A stretch of 20,000 bases of DNA from an uncultured virus (IMG/VR IMGVR_UViG_2690316191_000004) (taxonomy: Duplodnaviria > Heunggongvirae > Uroviricota > Caudoviricetes), in the IMG/VR virus record IMGVR_UViG_2690316191_000004, positions 50,105-70,104 of that record. One strand, 5' to 3'. The notes beneath the pieces were generated by a model. The model had not been told where the DNA came from. It ran no database searches and saw nothing but the letters and a program-made list of their open reading frames with translations. Shown piece by piece: positions 15,231 to 20,000 of the stretch. The translations under genes were made by a program, and so were the position numbers. Position 1 is the first letter of the stretch. Each line of letters starts with the position of its first letter.

Positions 15231-15834
15231 TATCGCCACCTTCACTAATGAGCAATTAATCGCCGTGTGCCGTGCTGACGTGGCGGAAATGTCGAAGTTT
15301 TTAAAAGAGGGTGAATTCAGCAATCCGTCCCGCGCAGCCATGTATTTGCGTATTACTGAAATCGCATTGGCAGCGCTGATGGGGGAGTTCTCATTTGCTC
15401 GCAATCAGGTTCGCCGAGAACACGCTGAATGGTCACATGCCACCTTCGGCAATGTTGGTCCGGCTGGCCCACTGAAACACCTCAGCATAGAAGCGCTTGA
15501 AGCTGCCGCGGAACCTAACGACCACAGCGAATGGGCTGATATGCAGTTCCTGATGTGGGATGCCCAGCGCAGAGCGGGAATCACTGACGAGCAGATTACC
15601 CAGGCGATGATCGATAAGCTCGCGGTAAATAAGGCGCGCCATTGGCCCGAGCCAAAGGACGGGGAACCTCGGATGCATTTACGAAGCGAAGACGAATCAC
15701 TCAACGCCAGGCGCCGCCGTAATCGTGAATCAAATGCGCGCGCTCGCGAACGTGAAACGCCCGCACAACGCAAAGCCAGACTGGAGAAAAACAGATTGAG
15801 AATGGCTCTTCGTCGTAAGGGAGGTGCCAAATGA
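15223..15834 (+). CDS. DUF550/MazG-like (dATP/dGTP pyrophosphohydrolase-type) protein with Arg-rich tail
   Basis: EHAEWS..TFG.VGP.GPLKHL..EALEA...P.D.SEWAD.QFL.WDA.RRAG...K..VNK.R.WP motif; GGAGG RBS. Confidence 0.8.
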   Translation: MTDIATFTNEQLIAVCRADVAEMSKFLKEGEFSNPSRAAMYLRITEIALAALMGEFSFARNQVRREHAEWSHATFGNVGPAGPLKHLSIEALEAAAEPNDHSEWADMQFLMWDAQRRAGITDEQITQAMIDKLAVNKARHWPEPKDGEPRMHLRSEDESLNARRRRNRESNARARERETPAQRKARLEKNRLRMALRRKGGAK

Positions 15835-16139
15835 GCCTGAAACACCGCCTGCCCGAGCTGGAAGCCAGCATCGACCCGGCAGCATTGCGCGCAGCCGCCG
15901 ACGAATATTCGGATCTGCTTATGACTTTGTGCTTGTGCATGAAGATGGCCGGCCCCACCCGGGCTAACGTGCGCGCCTGCGCCACCGAGCTTAAAAAGCG
16001 CCTGACAACCTGGCACAGCCATAAAGAGCTCAATGCAATTCTGTCCAGTTGGGATCCCGTTGGCTATGTTCTCGGCCTCCGCCGGGAAGCGAACGACAAC
16101 GCGCGCGCAGCTGGCGATCCGGTTGATGTTTTTGTGTGA
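15831..16139 (+). CDS. Hypothetical phage protein
   Basis: 102 aa; GGAGGT RBS; ATGA overlap with the upstream gene. Confidence 0.75.
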   Translation: MSLKHRLPELEASIDPAALRAAADEYSDLLMTLCLCMKMAGPTRANVRACATELKKRLTTWHSHKELNAILSSWDPVGYVLGLRREANDNARAAGDPVDVFV

Positions 16140-16146
16140 GGTGAAT

Positions 16147-16386
16147 ATGCGACTGATTAACCGAAGCAAACAATCACCGCTGGGCCGCCAGGCGTGCGAT
16201 GCCGCGCTGGCAAAACATGTTGAGCTCTATGGCGATTATGGCAGGCAGAAAATGAAGCGGACCTATACCGTCGTGGTTCAGGGCACAAAAATCACTGTTG
16301 AGGTCGTTAATAGGAATTGCAGCTACGTGGCCACGGCCATGAACTGCGCCCGGCGGCTCCGGCATTTATCCGGTCAGGTTTCCTGA
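16147..16386 (+). CDS. DUF4060-family phage protein
   Basis: MRLINRSKQSPLGRQAC.AALAKH...YG.YG...VEVVNR..SYVAT.M; GAGGT RBS before ATG 16147; typical position before xis. Confidence 0.75.
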   Translation: MRLINRSKQSPLGRQACDAALAKHVELYGDYGRQKMKRTYTVVVQGTKITVEVVNRNCSYVATAMNCARRLRHLSGQVS

Positions 16387-16450
16387 TATCGAATTATCAA
16401 TTCGACGCGGCAGGCCAGCTTAAACTCGGTCTGCCGCCTGTGAGGTGTTT

Positions 16451-16666
16451 ATGGCACAGGTCGTTTTTAATGAAGAATGGATCGTTGAATCTCGCCTGAC
16501 CGAGAGAACTGGACTCACGCAAAGGCAGATAAAAAGTTATCGACTTGGATCATGGATCGAAGGCGTCCATTTCAAAAGGCTTCCCCAGACAGAAGGCGCA
16601 TGCAAAGAGCGCGCTGTCATTTGGTACAACTTACCCAAGATAAATCAGCTCGTACAGGACGCATGA
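16451..16666 (+). CDS. xis: Excisionase (DUF1233-like)
   Basis: 71 aa; W..E..L...TGL....I..YR...WIEG.HFKR...IWYN...IN; GAGGT RBS; abuts int. Confidence 0.85.
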   Translation: MAQVVFNEEWIVESRLTERTGLTQRQIKSYRLGSWIEGVHFKRLPQTEGACKERAVIWYNLPKINQLVQDA

Positions 16667-17913
16667 TGACGGCATTACCTACTGGTGTAGAAATTCACAA
16701 TGGAAAAATCAGGATTTGGTTTCTCTTTCGCGGCAAACGCTGCAGGGAAACACTCAAGGGATGGACTGTTAACAATGCCAACATCAAAAAAGCAGGAAAT
16801 CTTAGAGCTGCAATAACTGGCGAGATACAAATGGGGACTTTCGAATATGCAAGTCGGTTCCCTGAGTCGAAATCGAAGACATTTGGCGTGGAGGTTCAAC
16901 CGGTAGAAACATTTGACGACCTCTGCAATCTTTTCCTTGAAAATAAAAGGCTTGAGATTGCAGAATCATCCTACTTCAATCTCAAATCAATGCTGAGGGT
17001 CCTCACTCGGATCATCGGTAAAAACACGCTGATTAAAGATATCCAGCACCACGACATCCTGGCCTGCCGTAGAGAGCTTCTTTACGGCGCTGTTATCCAC
17101 GATGATTCCCCTTGGCTGAACAAGACTGGCAGGGCCGTTAGTACGGTAAATTTTCGCATTAATGCGCTATGTCTGATGCTCAAGTTTGCCCACCAGAGCA
17201 AGTTTGTATCCCATGCGGCTTACGAGAATATTCGTCCATTAAAAAAGGAAAAAACCGTTCCGGATCCATTGCTTCAAGATGAGTACGAGCTATTTATTAA
17301 CGCAATTACGGAATATCACGCAAGAATTTGGCGGGTTGCGATTTTTACAGGACTTCGTCACGGTGAAATTTGTGCGCTCGCCTGGGAGGATGTAGACCTC
17401 CAAAACGGGAAGATTTACGTAAGCCGAAACGTCACGCAAAAGGGAACGTTTTGCCCGCCAAAGACTAAGGCTGGTGTCCGTACAATCACTCTCCTAAAAC
17501 CAGCGCTCGAAGCATTACGGGAACAATTTGAGCTAACTGGTCATCTTGACGCGACTAATATCGTTTTCCATCACAGGGAGATAGGAAAATCTGAGCAGCA
17601 GGCTCTTCGCTTCGTGTTTCGCCCAAAACCTCAATCGAAGAGTAAGGCCGGGTTCTATTCCCGAGGTTCAATATCTTACAGCTGGAAAAGAGGGATGATG
17701 CTTGCGAATTTGAGAAGCCGCGACCCTTATCAGTCAAGGCATACCTATGCATGCTGGTCTTTATCTGCCGGAGCAAATCCCTCGTTCATTGCCAGCCAAA
17801 TGGGGCATGAAAATGCCAAAATGGTTTATACCGTTTATTCAAAATGGATTGGCGATATGGACGAAGATCAGGTCGGGCTACTCGATAGCAAATTCGCAAA
17901 GATGTCCCTATAA
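16663..17913 (+). CDS. int: Tyrosine integrase with N-terminal Arm-binding (DUF3596-like) domain
   Basis: LPTGVEIHNGKIRIWF..RGKRCRETL; TGLRHGE, PKT, YQSRHT, QMGH, VY..Y catalytic motifs. Start 16663 or 16666. Confidence 0.95.
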   Translation: MMTALPTGVEIHNGKIRIWFLFRGKRCRETLKGWTVNNANIKKAGNLRAAITGEIQMGTFEYASRFPESKSKTFGVEVQPVETFDDLCNLFLENKRLEIAESSYFNLKSMLRVLTRIIGKNTLIKDIQHHDILACRRELLYGAVIHDDSPWLNKTGRAVSTVNFRINALCLMLKFAHQSKFVSHAAYENIRPLKKEKTVPDPLLQDEYELFINAITEYHARIWRVAIFTGLRHGEICALAWEDVDLQNGKIYVSRNVTQKGTFCPPKTKAGVRTITLLKPALEALREQFELTGHLDATNIVFHHREIGKSEQQALRFVFRPKPQSKSKAGFYSRGSISYSWKRGMMLANLRSRDPYQSRHTYACWSLSAGANPSFIASQMGHENAKMVYTVYSKWIGDMDEDQVGLLDSKFAKMSL

Positions 17914-17990
17914 TGCCCCCAAGACTAAAAACATGATTAAATTTTCAAATAATATCAACAAGTTAAATAAAACCAGTAAAGTTAATACCG
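17902..17990. promoter_or_regulatory. Prophage attachment-site arm (arm-type repeats plus IHF site); core not determinable
   Basis: ATGYCCC direct repeat at 17902-17908 and 17913-17919; TATCAA-CAAG-TTA 17953-17965 matches the IHF consensus WATCAANNNNTTR; AT-rich tract before GC-rich host DNA. Confidence 0.6.
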
Positions 17991-18238
17991 ATTTATGCAA
18001 TAGCGGCAGACCACCTTGCTGGTTATCCGTTGCAGGCGAGCATAAAGTGACAACGTAACAGAAAGACCATGCCAGCGCGGGGCGCAACCCCGGCCATACG
18101 CTAGAAAAAAGCGGGTAGTGAAAGCGCCTGCCGGTAACGCTTCAGGAAAGGAATAAGCGCCGCTCGCCTGGCCGCGTTCGGGAAATAAAAACCAAAATAA
18201 AACGGGCAAACGGGGCTGCCAGGCGGGATACCGGCTGG

Positions 18239-18436
18239 CTAGGTGCCTTTACTCACCAGCCGGGCGGCCTGGACAAAGACCTCATCCTCTACCCCGTCCC
18301 CCTTCTGTCTGCCCAGCCTCACCAGTTCATCCACGATACTCCCCTGATTAATCTGCTTTTGGGTCGCCACTAAGCTAATGACCGCCGCGCCGATGGCCAT
18401 GCCAATCAATGCCGTTTGTTCATCTTTATCTTTCAT
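18239..18436 (-). CDS. Small host hypothetical protein (65 aa)
   Basis: MKDKDEQTALIGMAIGAAVISLV...; GGAG RBS upstream of ATG 18436. Confidence 0.65.
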   Translation of the reverse strand: MKDKDEQTALIGMAIGAAVISLVATQKQINQGSIVDELVRLGRQKGDGVEDEVFVQAARLVSKGT

Positions 18437-18815
18437 GGTGTCGCTCCGTCTGTCCTCCAGAGAAAGGCTAGCAAAAGATACCACCAGCTCAATTTCAAAT
18501 TCATCTTCTTTACACCTCCCGGAAAACGCAGGCGCCGCACTGACCTCTCCTTCCCCCTGCTGGCGATGGCGCAAAGCGCTGTCGCCTCATACCGAGTCTT
18601 TATTTTGCCAGCTTCACGTTGCGCGGAAATAAATAAAAATAACGCGCGCGCCGAAGAGTAAAAAAAGGAAATAGCAGCCTCAGCGATAAAACCAGATTAT
18701 TCCAGCAGGGAATAGCTGGAATGCTAATATTTCATTTCCTCGCCGGTTTTTAGAGGCCTATAGTTTTTTTACCTGCAGAACATCCACTAAGGTTAAAAAA
18801 CATAAGGACATAATA

Positions 18816-20000
18816 ATGATTGTTTCAGCCCCCAGCGATTATCGCGAAGCCGCTCGTCGTCGTCTGCCCCGCTTCCTTTTCGATTATATTGACGGTGGCG
18901 CGGTGGCGGAAAACACCATGAACGCCAACGCCGCCGAGCTTGCCTCGGTAGCTCTTCGCCAGCGCGTACTGTGCGGGGCCGGCGAACCGACGCTGGCGAC
19001 CACGATCCTTGATGCCCCATGGGCGATGCCCGTGGCGCTGGGGCCCGTCGGCGCCACCGGGATGTACGCCCGCCGCGGCGAAGTCCAGGCGGCCCGCGCC
19101 GCCTCCCGCGCCGGGATCCCGTACACCTTATCCACCGTGTCGGTCTGCTCGATTGAAGAGGTGGCGAGCCACGCCAGCGGCGCGCTCTGGTCCCAGCTGT
19201 ACGTACTGAAAGATCGCGGCTATATGCGTAACGCGCTGGAGCGCGCCTGGGCCGCTGGCATGAAAACCCTGGTATTTACCGTCGATATGCCAATCCCCGG
19301 CTCGCGGTATCGCGATAACCGCTCAGGGATGTCCGGGCCGCACGCCACCCTGCGACAATATCTCCAGGCTTGCACCCATCCGCGCTGGGCGATGAACGTC
19401 GGGCTGGCGGGCAGACCCCTGTCGTTTGGTAATATCGAAGCCTACACCGGCCACAAAATGACCATGGACGACTATATGGGGTTCATCAGCAACAACTTCG
19501 ACCCGTCCATCGCCTGGCACGATCTGGAGTGGATCCGCGACAGCTGGCAAGGAAAATTAATCATCAAAGGGATCCTCGATGCCGACGATGCGCGCAATGC
19601 CGTGCGGCTGGGCGCCGATGGTATTGTGGTGTCAAATCATGGCGGCAGACAGCTCGATGGCGCCATCCCCACCGCCCGGGCGCTGCCCAGGGTGGTGGAT
19701 GCGGTCGGCGACGATCTGACAGTGCTTGCCGATTCCGGGGTGCGCTCCGGCGTGGACGTTATACGTCTGCTGGCCCTCGGCGCGAAAGGCGTGCTGCTCG
19801 GTCGGGCCTATATTTATGCCCTGGCCGCGGCGGGCGAAGCGGGCGTGGCGCATCTGCTGCGCTTATTTGCCGAGGATATGAAGGTTACCATGACCCTCAC
19901 CGGCGCGACCTCGCCATCGGCCATCAGCCTCGATTGCCTTGATCGCCTCGAACAGGATCAACACCGCACTCATGCGGTGCCGGTATCCTTACCCGCCTGA
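18816..20000 (+). CDS. lldD: FMN-dependent alpha-hydroxy acid dehydrogenase, LldD-like (L-lactate dehydrogenase homolog)
   Basis: 394 aa; DY...[37 protein letters not shown] motifs; AAGGA RBS. May be a paralog, since no lldR lies upstream. Confidence 0.8.
   Translation: MIVSAPSDYREAARRRLPRFLFDYIDGGAVAENTMNANAAELASVALRQRVLCGAGEPTLATTILDAPWAMPVALGPVGATGMYARRGEVQAARAASRAGIPYTLSTVSVCSIEEVASHASGALWSQLYVLKDRGYMRNALERAWAAGMKTLVFTVDMPIPGSRYRDNRSGMSGPHATLRQYLQACTHPRWAMNVGLAGRPLSFGNIEAYTGHKMTMDDYMGFISNNFDPSIAWHDLEWIRDSWQGKLIIKGILDADDARNAVRLGADGIVVSNHGGRQLDGAIPTARALPRVVDAVGDDLTVLADSGVRSGVDVIRLLALGAKGVLLGRAYIYALAAAGEAGVAHLLRLFAEDMKVTMTLTGATSPSAISLDCLDRLEQDQHRTHAVPVSLPA

Larger units (their letters stand above)
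1..17990. mobile_element. Lambdoid (Rac/Gifsy-like) prophage, early region and integration end; continues left of the window
   Basis: Gene order rep-dnaC / cII-cro / repressor / recE-recT / xis-int. Composition shifts to GC-rich host-like DNA after about 18000. Right boundary is approximate. Confidence 0.95.

Noticed and set aside
15405..16169. 254-aa minus-strand ORF and other antisense ORFs over recE and lldD
   Set aside because: They overlap well-supported coupled genes on the opposite strand; no motifs.
16428..18012. 10-bp inverted match GGTCTGCCGC (16428-16437) / GCGGCAGACC (18003-18012) flanking xis-int
   Set aside because: Too short to exclude chance in 20 kb; no transposase or target duplication.
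1..20000. CRISPR arrays, tRNA/rRNA genes, IS elements, retron or reverse transcriptase
   Set aside because: No repeat-spacer periodicity, cloverleaf, transposase or RT motifs found by inspection.

Overview
About 1-17990 is the early/immunity/integration half of a lambdoid (Rac/Gifsy-like) prophage of an enterobacterium; Klebsiella-like is my inference from gene style and the GC-rich host flank. The leftward operon holds cro/YdaS, cII/YdaT, a ParB-like gene, a replication initiator, a DnaC-like loader and a broken DUF977 gene. A central repressor sits among five TTAAAC-N5-GTTTAA operators. The rightward operon holds small genes, recE, recT, a DUF550 gene, DUF4060, xis and int, then an att arm with an IHF site. 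Host DNA follows (65-aa ORF, lldD-like dehydrogenase). The most interesting part is the AT-rich cargo downstream of replication (about 350-5000), lying among decayed phage gene remnants. It contains a translationally coupled three-gene operon with its own putative promoter: a HEPN-like protein, a ParA/MinD-like ATPase with a KGGVGRTT Walker A, and a STAND-like P-loop NTPase. This is a candidate prophage-encoded anti-phage/conflict system. A lone membrane-anchored protein lies further downstream. All family calls come from motif recognition by eye; no searches were run.
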